The notes beneath the pieces were generated by a model. The model was not told the origin of the DNA, ran no database searches, and was given only the letters and a program-made list of their open reading frames with translations. A program made the position numbers and the translations under genes. Below are positions 1 through 10,125 of a DNA stretch of 37,717 nt, piece by piece. The DNA is from a virus (Duplodnaviria > Caudoviricetes). The stretch lies in IMG/VR virus record IMGVR_UViG_3300007539_000060, positions 1 through 37,717 of that record; one strand, given 5' to 3'. The stretch's first letter is position 1. The number at the start of each line of letters is the position of its first letter.

Positions 1-1
1 A

Positions 2-172
2 TGTGCCAGGAGTTCTTGTAGCATTAGAATAATCATGTGCGACATAATCACCATTCCAATCACTATAAGTCACAGTGCTCCAACCCTCAGTGCCAGAAAA
101 CTGATTGACAGTTGTGCTAGCTGGTTGAGGAGATACAATAACATTATTGTAATCGTATCTTGTGTATGCCAT
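2..172 (-). CDS. Hypothetical protein, 5' part only (runs off the window edge)
   Basis: Read by eye (not in the ORF track): ATG at 172, open to the edge (MAYTRYDYNNVIVSPQPASTTVNQFSGTEGWSTVTYSDWNGDYVAHDYSNATRTPGT...). GAGGTG Shine-Dalgarno at 181-186 and a late promoter motif upstream. Does not resemble a gp17 N-terminus. Confidence 0.75.
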   Translation of the reverse strand, partial: MAYTRYDYNNVIVSPQPASTTVNQFSGTEGWSTVTYSDWNGDYVAHDYSNATRTPGT

Positions 173-191
173 CTAGATTACACCTCTGAGG

Positions 192-198
192 TATTTAT
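192..198 (-). promoter_or_regulatory. T4-type late promoter core (ATAAATA)
   Basis: tatttat on the + strand, overlapping the g16 stop codon and ~20 nt upstream of the next ATG. Confidence 0.65.
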
Positions 199-602
199 CG
201 TTTACCGCCACCCATCTGCTTCAGCATCTTCTGAAGCTCTGTAGTGCTACCAACAAACATAGCATTGTTGGTGACACGGGATGGTCCTTTCTTTTCTTCG
301 TCAAGATCTTTCATTTTTTTATGAAGATCTTGAAGTTTTTCAGTCATGTCTGCGACATGTTTCATCGCCGCTACAGCGACTTCATACGCTCTCGGGTGTC
401 CACTCTCCTGAGCGACCTCTAAAGCGCCTCTGACCGCCTCCTGACCCTGATCTATGAGGGTGTATAACTCACCCCTGGTATATTCATAGTCCTTCTGGCG
501 GTCATCCTTGTCTGCCTCACGCTCTTTCTTGACAGGCTTTGGTTCTTCAACAACCTCAGCACTGATATTCAAGATCTCTTCCATGTTTTCTTCTAGGCTC
601 AT
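195..602 (-). CDS. g16: Terminase small subunit gp16
   Basis: DYEYTRGELY...AQESGHPRAYEV...NNAMFVGSTTELQKML are typical T4-like gp16 motifs; follows g15. Confidence 0.95.
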   Translation of the reverse strand: MSLEENMEEILNISAEVVEEPKPVKKEREADKDDRQKDYEYTRGELYTLIDQGQEAVRGALEVAQESGHPRAYEVAVAAMKHVADMTEKLQDLHKKMKDLDEEKKGPSRVTNNAMFVGSTTELQKMLKQMGGGKR

Positions 603-1402
603 AGCAGTTCAAATCCTTCATTAAATCCAAAGTCATCTGTACTGACGACAAGTGCATCGTCTGCAGCATCAATAACACCGTCATTATTCTTATCCTCCAG
701 TGCCTTTGGAGAATATGACAATTCGGCATGTCTCTTGCTAACATTGAGATCGCCAATTGTTTCAATGATACGAGCCTTACGAATAACTTCTGCCTTGCTG
801 TAAGGACCGTAGATATAAGATTTGACTGTAAAACTTAGAGTCCAAACAATACTTCTTCTGTTTAAAAAATTGTCATCCCAATCATCTTCGTAGTTGACGC
901 TGTTTAATATAACGGCAACATCTTTCTTCTCATCCATATCTGGAATGAAATTTACTGTGACATTAAATGATGGTTGAAAGTATGGAAGAATTTGTTCTAA
1001 GATTTGCAATCCATCGTCACTAGATTTTGCAATAATTCCTAATTCAAATGTTAAATCATATGGTACTGGAACATATTGAACTCTAACTTCATTTGCATCA
1101 TCCGTAGCTTTTGATGCTTTAATTTTTTGAATTGAACTAGTCTTCCTAGCAGAATCATAGGAGACATCTACTAGTTCAAAATACAATCTTGGTAGAGTGA
1201 TAGCAACCTTTCTTGTGGTTGGGTTTTCATCAAGGCGCACCAAGAATTTTTGCTTTGGTCCATATGCCAGAGGAACTTTCTCAGATTCAATGACACTTCC
1301 GTCGTCGGGATTGGTCTTACGAATTTCTATATTATTGAATAATGTACCGAAAGAAATAACTGTTTTACGAATCGCTTCGTTATAAAAATGTGGTCCCAAC
1401 AT
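599..1402 (-). CDS. g15: Tail sheath stabiliser / tail terminator gp15
   Basis: FYNEAIRKTVISFGTLFNNIEI, VPLAYGPKQKF, QILEQILPYFQP; synteny g13-g14-g15-g16. Confidence 0.95.
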   Translation of the reverse strand: MLGPHFYNEAIRKTVISFGTLFNNIEIRKTNPDDGSVIESEKVPLAYGPKQKFLVRLDENPTTRKVAITLPRLYFELVDVSYDSARKTSSIQKIKASKATDDANEVRVQYVPVPYDLTFELGIIAKSSDDGLQILEQILPYFQPSFNVTVNFIPDMDEKKDVAVILNSVNYEDDWDDNFLNRRSIVWTLSFTVKSYIYGPYSKAEVIRKARIIETIGDLNVSKRHAELSYSPKALEDKNNDGVIDAADDALVVSTDDFGFNEGFELL

Positions 1403-2283
1403 CAGAAGTCACCTGTAGTAAAATTACCATATTCGCCAAATGGATTACGCTCGCCCCAATCTATTAGGTCGTCAGCTTCATCTTCTATATATCTGTTATC
1501 TGCATATGGAACTGTCTCCATAGTCAAATTATCTACCGTAGTAATAGATCTAGCGGTTCCACTTTCACTACCAGTTACAGTTTCTCCAGTGACAAAATTG
1601 CCAGTTCTATTGATCAAAGTAAGAATATCAGTATCACGATCCCAATAAGAAACTTCTGCTGTAACTCCAGATGTAGATCCAGTAACCGTTTCACTGAGGA
1701 AGTATTCTCCAGTTCCAGAAGTATCCATCTGCAACTCTATAGATGTAGAGAATATTTCTTCTGTGGTATCGATCTCTGGAATACCAGTTTCAAAGGAATC
1801 GCTACCAATTTCGTAGATCTCTGCCGTTAATTGATAGATGTATGTTTGACCAAGTTGGAAGAAAGGAGCTTCTCTTTCTACAAATTTGATCTCATATATG
1901 TCACCTGTGAGTGGGTAGAAAATTAAATCTCCCTCATTGGGTCTACCATCAACAGTAGTAATGTCAGCAAACTCTTGGAAGATCTGACTCCATCTATTTT
2001 TGGACACCACAAAGGTTACTTCATCTGTGATGCGAAGACCAAACTTACTAATAAACTCAGATGGAGAACCAAAACCCTCAACATTAACTAGAAGCATCTC
2101 AATCATATACTGAGTTTTGTACTCAGAATAAATGATATCATCTAGAGTTTTGTCCTTGATCATCTTCCTTGGAAGATAATACACATCGGTTCCAAACAGT
2201 TTTATCTGCTCATCAACTAAACTTTGAATGAGCGACTGTTCAGAATTGACGCCACCATGTTGAGGAAAGTAAATACTTTTCAT
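1402..2283 (-). CDS. g14: Neck / head-completion protein gp14
   Basis: EQIKLFGTDVYYLPR, SKFGL, RPNEGDLIFYP, FFQLG, C-terminal NPFG; synteny. Confidence 0.93.
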   Translation of the reverse strand: MKSIYFPQHGGVNSEQSLIQSLVDEQIKLFGTDVYYLPRKMIKDKTLDDIIYSEYKTQYMIEMLLVNVEGFGSPSEFISKFGLRITDEVTFVVSKNRWSQIFQEFADITTVDGRPNEGDLIFYPLTGDIYEIKFVEREAPFFQLGQTYIYQLTAEIYEIGSDSFETGIPEIDTTEEIFSTSIELQMDTSGTGEYFLSETVTGSTSGVTAEVSYWDRDTDILTLINRTGNFVTGETVTGSESGTARSITTVDNLTMETVPYADNRYIEDEADDLIDWGERNPFGEYGNFTTGDF

Positions 2284-3086
2284 CCGATCATATCCAGAGG
2301 AGGTAGTTCGTATGTGCTAGCAGAAGCTTCCATGAGTTGATTAATTTCTGCTTGTGCATCTTCAAACAACTGTCTGCCGTTTAGAGATACGCCACCAGGA
2401 AGAGTGACACCATTAAACTTGATTAGATTCTGACCCCACTGACGCTTAATCAATGCAGTAGTATACTTTTTAACGAACGGATCGTTATATGTTTGAACAA
2501 AAGAATCAGGATCTAATGCTCTGTAACAATCAATGATTAGATAGTTATCTTCATTGATCATGGTATCATCAACATCGAGATATAGTCTGTCTTGACGCTG
2601 ATTAAATCTGTACTCAATGAAAGATCCATTGTTCAACACCATGTCAAGAGTTTCAAGATACTGCTTGATCATGAAGTAGTTTAGAATATCAAGAGATCCA
2701 AATGCATATAAATCATTTAGGAAGATCTGATACTCTAATCCAAACAGATTGTTTCTGATGGTGTTGCTATTGAGTCCAAAGACTTTAGAAATTCCAACAA
2801 CATGTGGTGGGATGTCAAGATAGTTATCAGTTCTTTCCCAGTCAGAACCATTGATGGTGTCGGTTTGAATTTGTGGTGTAGAGAATCTAGTTACATCTGC
2901 AGCAGTAAATTTATGCTTCAGATACATTCTTTCCACGCCATCGAAGTGACGCTCTCTGTAATACTGGAGAGCGTCATCAATAGCATCATCAATTTGATCG
3001 TCATCTACATTAATCTCAAGGACTGGAGCACCCAGTTGTCTGAGGCAATAGTCCCTGAGTTCTGTTCTGCTGGCTGGTTGTGCCAT
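2280..3086 (-). CDS. g13: Neck protein gp13
   Basis: ELRDYCLRQLGAPVLEINV, KRQWGQNLIKF, LPGGVSLNG; synteny. Confidence 0.95.
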   Translation of the reverse strand: MAQPASRTELRDYCLRQLGAPVLEINVDDDQIDDAIDDALQYYRERHFDGVERMYLKHKFTAADVTRFSTPQIQTDTINGSDWERTDNYLDIPPHVVGISKVFGLNSNTIRNNLFGLEYQIFLNDLYAFGSLDILNYFMIKQYLETLDMVLNNGSFIEYRFNQRQDRLYLDVDDTMINEDNYLIIDCYRALDPDSFVQTYNDPFVKKYTTALIKRQWGQNLIKFNGVTLPGGVSLNGRQLFEDAQAEINQLMEASASTYELPPLDMIG

Positions 3087-3098
3087 ATGTATCTCCTA

Positions 3099-6000
3099 TT
3101 ATGCCTGTGCCTCTGCCCAGCGGAGGTTCACCGTTGCGTTAAATGGATTACCAGAAGTTACATAAACAGTGATTGCAAGAACGTCTGGTCCGTTGGGGAA
3201 TGTACCTCTACCACCGATTGGAGTATTGGTAAGTTCCTTCAGTTCGGTTAGGTCAATTGTATCTCTAGATCCTGGTGCTGCCACAAAGGAGAAGACTCGC
3301 TCTCCTGGTTGTGCATAAGGAGGAAGTTCAAACACATAGGTAGAAGATCCAGAGTTTCCTGCACGAGTGTACTGGGAGAAGTAAACCCTGACCCTAGCAC
3401 TATCGTAGTTTCTAATCTGAGTAACCGTAGTTCCACCAGGCAGACCACCACCAGAAACCGACATACCAATCGATACGCCAGCAACATCAGCTCTATTAAA
3501 GATAACCCAGTTAGCGTAATAGTTCTGGTTGAATACGTTTGTTGCGCTGATAGAACTGCCGCCGCCAGACCAGTTAACTGTAGATCCGTTTGCAATTTGA
3601 GCAAACGATGGTTGTCCACCAGAACCAGATGAATTCAAACCAAACCATTCAATGTCTGCTGGGTTGATTGGATAGTTGATTGGGTTAAGAATACCCTCAA
3701 CAACAACACCCTGACTAGCACTACCACCCTGAGTCGTAATTTCACAGTTCTTGAGTAGCAACTGTGCTCTGTTAATCAGTTCTCTCTCACCTAGGTCACC
3801 AGTCAATGCATTAGAAACACTAGGCGATAGTCTGATAAGGAACAGTGTGGTCTTAACGGTGGAAATCTCAACCTCAGTTGCCTGATAGTTAAACAAATAT
3901 CCACGGTCAGAATCAAATCCGCCATCAGTCAGGAACGCAGAACCCCAGTGGTTAATCTGTGGAGTTGCTGTATTGCTTAGAAGAATTGCACCCTCTCCAG
4001 CAATATGACTATTTGCTACACCTGCAGTATAAGATCTTTGAGCACCAGCAACAAAGTTTGACAACTGTGCTGCTCTGGTGAGTCCCAATAGTCTATTTGT
4101 TGCATTGTTCTTGCTGGTGTAACGAATCATTTCGTTATCAATATAAACAACACCTGTATTTGGGAACAGAGATGTGTCTTCAACTTGTAGATATTCTGTA
4201 AATGAAGCGTCAATACCTGTGACTAGTCTTGATTTAGCACCTTCGTTCAAAACTTCATAACGAACTGGTAGGTTACCTGAACGCATAAATGCTTCACGGT
4301 TTCTGTTGTTGTTCTTCAGTCTGTGACAGAAGACAAAGTTACCAGATGGACCTCTGAACATCCAGTCGATGAAACCAGCACCATACCAAGAATACTGGAA
4401 TCCGATCATCTGCATTTTATTGATCTCGATGTCATAACCAGACTTACCAGTTCCATCACATTTGTCAATGTTCCATTCACTCTGTGGAATGATAATGTCT
4501 TTTGTTAGTGCCGCTTTAGTATTGTTTACTGGGACTGCACCTCTGTAGTCTGGGTTTACCGACAACTGAGTGTCACTATTAATAGCAGTAACCACATGAC
4601 TCATACCACGAATTACCAGTCTATCACCAACAACCAACTGTTCTGTAAATTTTGTATTTACTCCCTGAACTAAGTTACTGTCTGGAGTTGCTGAAACAGT
4701 ACCAGCAATTTGGAATGTAGAAGATCTCAATCCAACTGCAAGGTTTGTTCCATCATACTGGAAAAAGATTCCGTTCTGATCGTCAAATGCACCAGATCTA
4801 ACAGTAGAACCTTTCCATCTATAGAGAGCAACGATTGGTTGGTCACCAAACTTACCAGATGTAGAACCGAGAGTTGTCAGTGCGAGAACAGTAAATGTGA
4901 TTTCATCAATAATAGATGCAACAGTGTAGTGTCCATTATATCCAGATGTGGTGATGCCATCTAGTTGAATCTCAGCACCAACTTGAAGACCATGGTCTAC
5001 ATCGTCCGTAGTAATAGTGATGATACTGCCGATTGCAGTGCCATCCGCAGTTGCAGTTCTCAAATCATAAGAAGGAGCGAATAGAGCACCAGTGGTATAC
5101 ATGATACCTTTACCAGACTGATATCTGATGTACTTCTTAGACTGACGAATTGCCTGAGCACCATGTGATGGAGATCCAGTTCCTAGTTGTACACCACCAT
5201 CAAATGGTCTGTGGGTGTAGAAACAATCTGGTCTAGCATAAATTCTACCTGAAAGAGCGGGAGATGTAGATACACTTCCAGTAGTTCTAACCGTATATAC
5301 AAATTCATTTGGTGCTGCAACTTCTTCAACAAAGAATGGACCAGCCGCCAACCCATGTCCAGGTCCAACAGATGTAATTGCTGTCAAGATTGTATTTCCT
5401 GGGACCAATCCATGTGGTCCTGGGAATAGAGCTTTAATTCTAGCAATAGCAGAGTATGAAATAATTGCTCCGTTGGCAATACTTCCAGTTGTTGCGGAAG
5501 AAATAGCAATGGATGGATAGAAAGCAATTGTGTCGCCAATAACTGGAGTACCAATAGCTGAGATCTCAGTGATAGCTCCTGTCAAGAAATCAATGTCTAC
5601 AACCTCAATGGTCATATCGTTTACTGGAGATACACCACCAAGTGACGCACCTTCAATCTTAAATTGATATCCAATCTCATATCCCGTGCCAGGATTTACA
5701 ATCTCAGGATTGTATAGTCCATTAGAAATCCTTGGCAAGAATGTTGCACTGAACGCAACATTTGTACCAGCAATGGAATTGAATGTTGCGTCACCAGTAG
5801 CGGCAGTACCGCTAATGGTGAAGGAAGTAATTTCACCAGAAGGACCAACTGTAGAAACTGTTACAGTGAGATCATGCTCAAGGTTATTTCCACCAAGGTC
5901 ATCACCTCTAATAACAATTGTGTCGTTAGGTTGGAAAGAAGATCCAGGGTTTGAAATATTAGCAGAATATGTTGGAGTGGTGGATGTATTTTCGTTAGGA

Positions 6001-8135
6001 ATAAAATTAGCTACTGTAAATGTCTGAGTATCTGCTGGACTTGCATCCCCCTCAAAGCTAGTTACAGATGCCGTAAATGCATTACCAGGAACTAATGCTG
6101 TGATGTAAAGTTGTCCCTCAGTGGATCCAGCAGATGCATAGAAATATGCAGATCCAGTTGTCAAATCATTGATCTGATTAATCAACGCATTTCTAACATT
6201 TCTGATGCTAGTTCCAGTAGAAGCAGTGCTGAAAGTTTCAAGCGTTGATGATGTTGTATCGGTGAGACTAATTTGGAAGGCATCACCTTGTTCAATAGTT
6301 CCGCCAATATCTACGACTTCGACCTGTGCAGTTTTTTGACCACTACCAGTTCTAGAAACATTAAATGTTGCGTTGATACCAGTTCCACTTGTGGTGCCAG
6401 TAAGAGAATTATAATCTTGACTTGAGAAAATACCTTGACCTAAATGTTTATACCCTGTGATCTCTCCATTAGCACCAACAGAGGTAACAATAATAGAAAG
6501 ATCGTTTGCTGGGGAAATACCACCGAGGGTATTACCAAATACTTTAATTTTTTCACCAACAGTATAACCTTGACCAGCAGATGGATTGGTGTTTGATGCT
6601 GTTCCCGTAAATGTGAAACTAGCAATACTACCATTCGCGTCAATAGTTTGGATGGTAATCGTTAGATCATTTGTAACATCGACGCCACCTAGATTAAGAC
6701 CAGAAATTGTAATGTTTTCTGTTGCAGAATATCCAGTACCAGTGTTGGAAACAAACACATCTGTATATACACCAGTGGCTGCATTTCTAGTAATATTGAA
6801 AGTTGCATTAGATCCGAGTCCAGCATAACCAGTAGCATTTACTTCGTAATATCTTACAATTGGATCGATGTCTACAACATCATACGCTCCAGAAGTTCTG
6901 CTGATGTTGAAACTAGATCCTGTTCCTTGTCCAAAGTTTAATGGAGATGCTGATGTTGGTTCTGAAATAAAACTGTTTCCAAGTTTAGAAACCGTGTATG
7001 GAGCAGACAAGGAAATTGTATTTCCTTCGATGTTGGTAACGAAAATTGCATTTCCAGAACCATCACTAAGAGCAGAACCAATTTCCAAATCAACTGTTTC
7101 GTTTAAAACAATTTGGGATACTGGTGCGGTGAAAGAAGTTGTAATTGCAACTGTAGCATTTGTTGGAACATATCCAGTGATCTGTGTACCAGCAGGAATG
7201 CTAGATCCAGTGATAGGAGCACCAACTGGTGGAACAGATCCAGGAAGATTAATACCGATTCTTTGTGATCCAGGTGTATTAATGTTTCTTGTAGTAAGTT
7301 GACCAGAAGCACCATTAGACGCAACCGTTAACTGAGGAGAACCTAGAGAAGCACCTGTGTAGAATCCTGCTCTTCTAAGTTGAATGAATCCAGAAAACAA
7401 AGAAGTTGCTGGAGAAACTCCAACCTTTCCTTTTGCATAGAACTGGAATTGAGTATCACTATTGACTACACTAATAATAAAAGAACCTTCTGCTTTAGCA
7501 AATCCAGGAACTCCATCATCAACACCCTTTAGTGTGATTGGATCTCCCGCAGAAAATCCGTGATTGAGGATAGTATCTACTGTAATTAAAGATGGACCAA
7601 TTCCACCTGAACCTTGAGAAGCATCTGTAACAATACTATCAACTTCAACATCAGCTCCAGGAAATTCATATGTAGATGGATAACCTCTCATGAGGTCAAT
7701 AGTCTGCCACTTCGTTGGTTGGATTCCATACTCAAAGTCAGCGTCAAGCATGGACAGAGTGTTAGAAACACGCTGCCTTTCAATAGCATCTGTACCAAAA
7801 TCATAAGGTCTGGTAGTTACGATAGGATCTTCTACAAAGACCTGAATTTCATCGGTACTAGAAAACTGAGAAGTATCATACTGAAAGTGAATTTCAGTAA
7901 CACCGTTTGATAGTGTGTTAGCGTATGGGAAGTCAGCATCACTACCGTCATCCGTCGCCGTAAATTCAACAATAATTTTTCTACTAGGGTCACTGAAATT
8001 ATAAAGAATTTCGTTCGCAGTAGCATTGTTGATCAATAGGACTTGATCAAGATTAATTTTATCAAGGACTTTTACTGATCCAAGACCAGCCAGTCCAGGC
8101 TTAAATACATAGTCTCTAAGTTGCCTTTTAGCCAT
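3099..8135 (-). CDS. Large virion structural / fibre protein (1678 aa)
   Basis: G/T/S-rich beta-type composition with internal repeats. Lies directly upstream of g13, where T4 has wac (fibritin). No enzyme motifs seen. Confidence 0.75.
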   Translation of the reverse strand: MAKRQLRDYVFKPGLAGLGSVKVLDKINLDQVLLINNATANEILYNFSDPSRKIIVEFTATDDGSDADFPYANTLSNGVTEIHFQYDTSQFSSTDEIQVFVEDPIVTTRPYDFGTDAIERQRVSNTLSMLDADFEYGIQPTKWQTIDLMRGYPSTYEFPGADVEVDSIVTDASQGSGGIGPSLITVDTILNHGFSAGDPITLKGVDDGVPGFAKAEGSFIISVVNSDTQFQFYAKGKVGVSPATSLFSGFIQLRRAGFYTGASLGSPQLTVASNGASGQLTTRNINTPGSQRIGINLPGSVPPVGAPITGSSIPAGTQITGYVPTNATVAITTSFTAPVSQIVLNETVDLEIGSALSDGSGNAIFVTNIEGNTISLSAPYTVSKLGNSFISEPTSASPLNFGQGTGSSFNISRTSGAYDVVDIDPIVRYYEVNATGYAGLGSNATFNITRNAATGVYTDVFVSNTGTGYSATENITISGLNLGGVDVTNDLTITIQTIDANGSIASFTFTGTASNTNPSAGQGYTVGEKIKVFGNTLGGISPANDLSIIVTSVGANGEITGYKHLGQGIFSSQDYNSLTGTTSGTGINATFNVSRTGSGQKTAQVEVVDIGGTIEQGDAFQISLTDTTSSTLETFSTASTGTSIRNVRNALINQINDLTTGSAYFYASAGSTEGQLYITALVPGNAFTASVTSFEGDASPADTQTFTVANFIPNENTSTTPTYSANISNPGSSFQPNDTIVIRGDDLGGNNLEHDLTVTVSTVGPSGEITSFTISGTAATGDATFNSIAGTNVAFSATFLPRISNGLYNPEIVNPGTGYEIGYQFKIEGASLGGVSPVNDMTIEVVDIDFLTGAITEISAIGTPVIGDTIAFYPSIAISSATTGSIANGAIISYSAIARIKALFPGPHGLVPGNTILTAITSVGPGHGLAAGPFFVEEVAAPNEFVYTVRTTGSVSTSPALSGRIYARPDCFYTHRPFDGGVQLGTGSPSHGAQAIRQSKKYIRYQSGKGIMYTTGALFAPSYDLRTATADGTAIGSIITITTDDVDHGLQVGAEIQLDGITTSGYNGHYTVASIIDEITFTVLALTTLGSTSGKFGDQPIVALYRWKGSTVRSGAFDDQNGIFFQYDGTNLAVGLRSSTFQIAGTVSATPDSNLVQGVNTKFTEQLVVGDRLVIRGMSHVVTAINSDTQLSVNPDYRGAVPVNNTKAALTKDIIIPQSEWNIDKCDGTGKSGYDIEINKMQMIGFQYSWYGAGFIDWMFRGPSGNFVFCHRLKNNNRNREAFMRSGNLPVRYEVLNEGAKSRLVTGIDASFTEYLQVEDTSLFPNTGVVYIDNEMIRYTSKNNATNRLLGLTRAAQLSNFVAGAQRSYTAGVANSHIAGEGAILLSNTATPQINHWGSAFLTDGGFDSDRGYLFNYQATEVEISTVKTTLFLIRLSPSVSNALTGDLGERELINRAQLLLKNCEITTQGGSASQGVVVEGILNPINYPINPADIEWFGLNSSGSGGQPSFAQIANGSTVNWSGGGSSISATNVFNQNYYANWVIFNRADVAGVSIGMSVSGGGLPGGTTVTQIRNYDSARVRVYFSQYTRAGNSGSSTYVFELPPYAQPGERVFSFVAAPGSRDTIDLTELKELTNTPIGGRGTFPNGPDVLAITVYVTSGNPFNATVNLRWAEAQA
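5540..6940 (-). repeat. Internal protein repeats in the 1678-aa protein
   Basis: Four copies of NxGxG(Y/F)...IxIxGxxLGGxxxx(N/H)D(L/M)xIxVxxV...GxI, plus recurring ATFN(I/V)xR. Confidence 0.75.
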
Positions 8136-8155
8136 TTAAAAAACCTCGATAATCC

Positions 8156-9289
8156 TTATGATAGTGCAATTGATAACGCCGTAACTTGTGCTTGCACAAA
8201 TCCTCGACTTACTGCATCAGTTGGCGCTTGAGCGGGAGCTAGATTTGTTACTCTATTATTTAGAAGATCTAGATTACCGTTAATACCAGCAGTTCTTAGT
8301 GTTCCTGTTTGAATTGTATTGCCCTGGGAATCAACAGTAAATTTACCTGCAGCAGCAGAAAAAACTCCACTAAAAACTCCACCGCCACCAGCAACTAGTC
8401 CATTGTCTAAAAAGATTCCTCCAGCTGCAGTCAACTGAATTGTAGGATCTAACAAGTCTGGACCGATATTTAATCCACTAATAACTCCAAGAGTGGATTT
8501 AATTTCAGTTGCTCCCCAAAGAACAGTCTCGCCATCGACAGTTAGGTTTCCACCAACGTCAACATTTCCTTGAAGATCTGAATCGGAAACAACCGTAAAG
8601 TTTCCATTGACGGAAAAATCAGTAGCAACAACATTATAATTAAATTTTCCATAAATAGCAAAACTTATTTGATTGGCATCTTCTGCCCAAACAACAATCT
8701 GCTGTCCACCAGATACTTTGATATTTGTTCTTTGATAGAATGTTTTTGGATAAAGAACTGTGTTATAATTTAAGTAGTTAGCACTGTTCTTAGGTTGACC
8801 GTCTTCTTGAATTGCAATTCTAAATCTGGATCTACTAGATCCTTGATTAGAAACAAAGATAGAAAGATCAACTTCTTCAGTGCCAGGAGTCGTATATAAT
8901 ACAGTATCTGTTTTTGCATTTAAAATTTTAATAGAATTAAGAAATCCAGATGTAACTGGGTTATCTACAACTTCTCCATGTAGCAAAAACGATGTTAGAT
9001 TGCTATCAGAATAGACAATCAGAGACTGCTCGTTAGCATAATAAATAACATCAGTCTCATATGTTTCCCCAGGTTCTACAATCAAGTCATACAAAATATA
9101 ATTTGACGGAGCAAAATTAGTAAGAGTACCACTAGAAACACCAATACGAACCTTGACTGGGGTTGCATTTTGGTGTGAAATGGAAAGTCTTCCCTCTACC
9201 AATTTTGATACTGGGGCTACATGAAGCAGTGTCCTAGTCTTTTGATTAGGAACAATACTAGCCAGGTAACCATATGTTGCAGCTGGCAT
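8156..9289 (-). CDS. Virion structural protein (377 aa) with two tandem ~105-aa beta domains and a fibre-like C-terminus
   Basis: The N-terminal domains resemble each other and the 106-aa ORF at 22938-23258 (NATPVKVRI vs NATPVSVRI). The C-terminal NRVTNLAPAQAPTDAV is like a trimeric fibre neck motif. Has its own late promoter. Confidence 0.7.
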   Translation of the reverse strand: MPAATYGYLASIVPNQKTRTLLHVAPVSKLVEGRLSISHQNATPVKVRIGVSSGTLTNFAPSNYILYDLIVEPGETYETDVIYYANEQSLIVYSDSNLTSFLLHGEVVDNPVTSGFLNSIKILNAKTDTVLYTTPGTEEVDLSIFVSNQGSSRSRFRIAIQEDGQPKNSANYLNYNTVLYPKTFYQRTNIKVSGGQQIVVWAEDANQISFAIYGKFNYNVVATDFSVNGNFTVVSDSDLQGNVDVGGNLTVDGETVLWGATEIKSTLGVISGLNIGPDLLDPTIQLTAAGGIFLDNGLVAGGGGVFSGVFSAAAGKFTVDSQGNTIQTGTLRTAGINGNLDLLNNRVTNLAPAQAPTDAVSRGFVQAQVTALSIALS

Positions 9290-9316
9290 AACTTTTAGGT
9301 TTATACAGTCTCTAGT

Positions 9317-9324
9317 TATTTATA
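9317..9324 (-). promoter_or_regulatory. T4-type late promoter TATAAATA
   Basis: Perfect consensus 28 nt upstream of the ATG at 9289. Confidence 0.85.
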
Positions 9325-9336
9325 AGTTGGATTGAA

Positions 9337-10125
9337 ATGAAGATCATTACTGGTTGCAATGGATTTATCGGCAAAAAATTTGTCGATCAAAGTGAAAAGC
9401 ATATTGGGATGGAACAGTGGAACTGTTTTCAATTGCTAGATAATCTTCCCATGTGGGACAAGATCACTGAGATCATTCACATGGGAGCAATCTCATCTAC
9501 AACAGAAACGGACATTGGTAAACTCACTATCTACAATGTAGAGTTTTCAATCCGCCTTTTTAAAAAAGCAATTGAATTTGGCATCCCAGTCAAGTATGCT
9601 TCCTCTGCATCTGTATATGGAAACTGTTCGGATGGGACTATCAATCCACTAAACTTTTATGCTATCTCCAAAGTTCAATTGGACTACTGGGTGCAACAGA
9701 ATATGGATCAGTTTAGCAAAATTCAGGGGTTCCGATTCTTCAATGTCTATGGTGACGGCGAAGAATCTAAAGGTGACCAGCGCAGTCCTGTCAGCAAGTT
9801 TACTGAACAAGCAAAGACTACAGGAAAAATTAAAATCTTTGAAGGATCTGAAGACATGTTCAGAGATTTTGTTTGTGTGGATGATGTTGTTGACATTGTT
9901 AGTAATAACAAAGCAGGGTCTGGAATTTATGATCTTGGATCTAATCACTCATATTCGTTTAAAGACATTGCTGAAATTATTGCAGAAAAATATGGGGCAG
10001 AGATCGAAGAGATCCCTTTCCCCAAACACCTAGAAGGTAAATATCAATACGACACTAGAACTGGTTTTGATTGGTTTGGACACAAATTTACAACCGTCCA
10101 AGAATATGTCAATCGCCAGGAGTAA
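9337..10125 (+). CDS. hldD: ADP-L-glycero-D-manno-heptose 6-epimerase (extended SDR)
   Basis: TGCNGFIG NAD(P) motif, HMGAISSTTE, YASSASVYG, PLNFYAISK (YxxxK), FRFFNVYG, RDFVCVDD, IPFPKHLEGKYQ, all characteristic of HldD/RfaD. Confidence 0.9.
   Translation: MKIITGCNGFIGKKFVDQSEKHIGMEQWNCFQLLDNLPMWDKITEIIHMGAISSTTETDIGKLTIYNVEFSIRLFKKAIEFGIPVKYASSASVYGNCSDGTINPLNFYAISKVQLDYWVQQNMDQFSKIQGFRFFNVYGDGEESKGDQRSPVSKFTEQAKTTGKIKIFEGSEDMFRDFVCVDDVVDIVSNNKAGSGIYDLGSNHSYSFKDIAEIIAEKYGAEIEEIPFPKHLEGKYQYDTRTGFDWFGHKFTTVQEYVNRQE

Noticed and set aside
3099-8135. Calling the 1678-aa gene wac (fibritin) from its position
   Set aside because: The sequence is beta-rich with no long coiled coil or foldon motif; only the position matches
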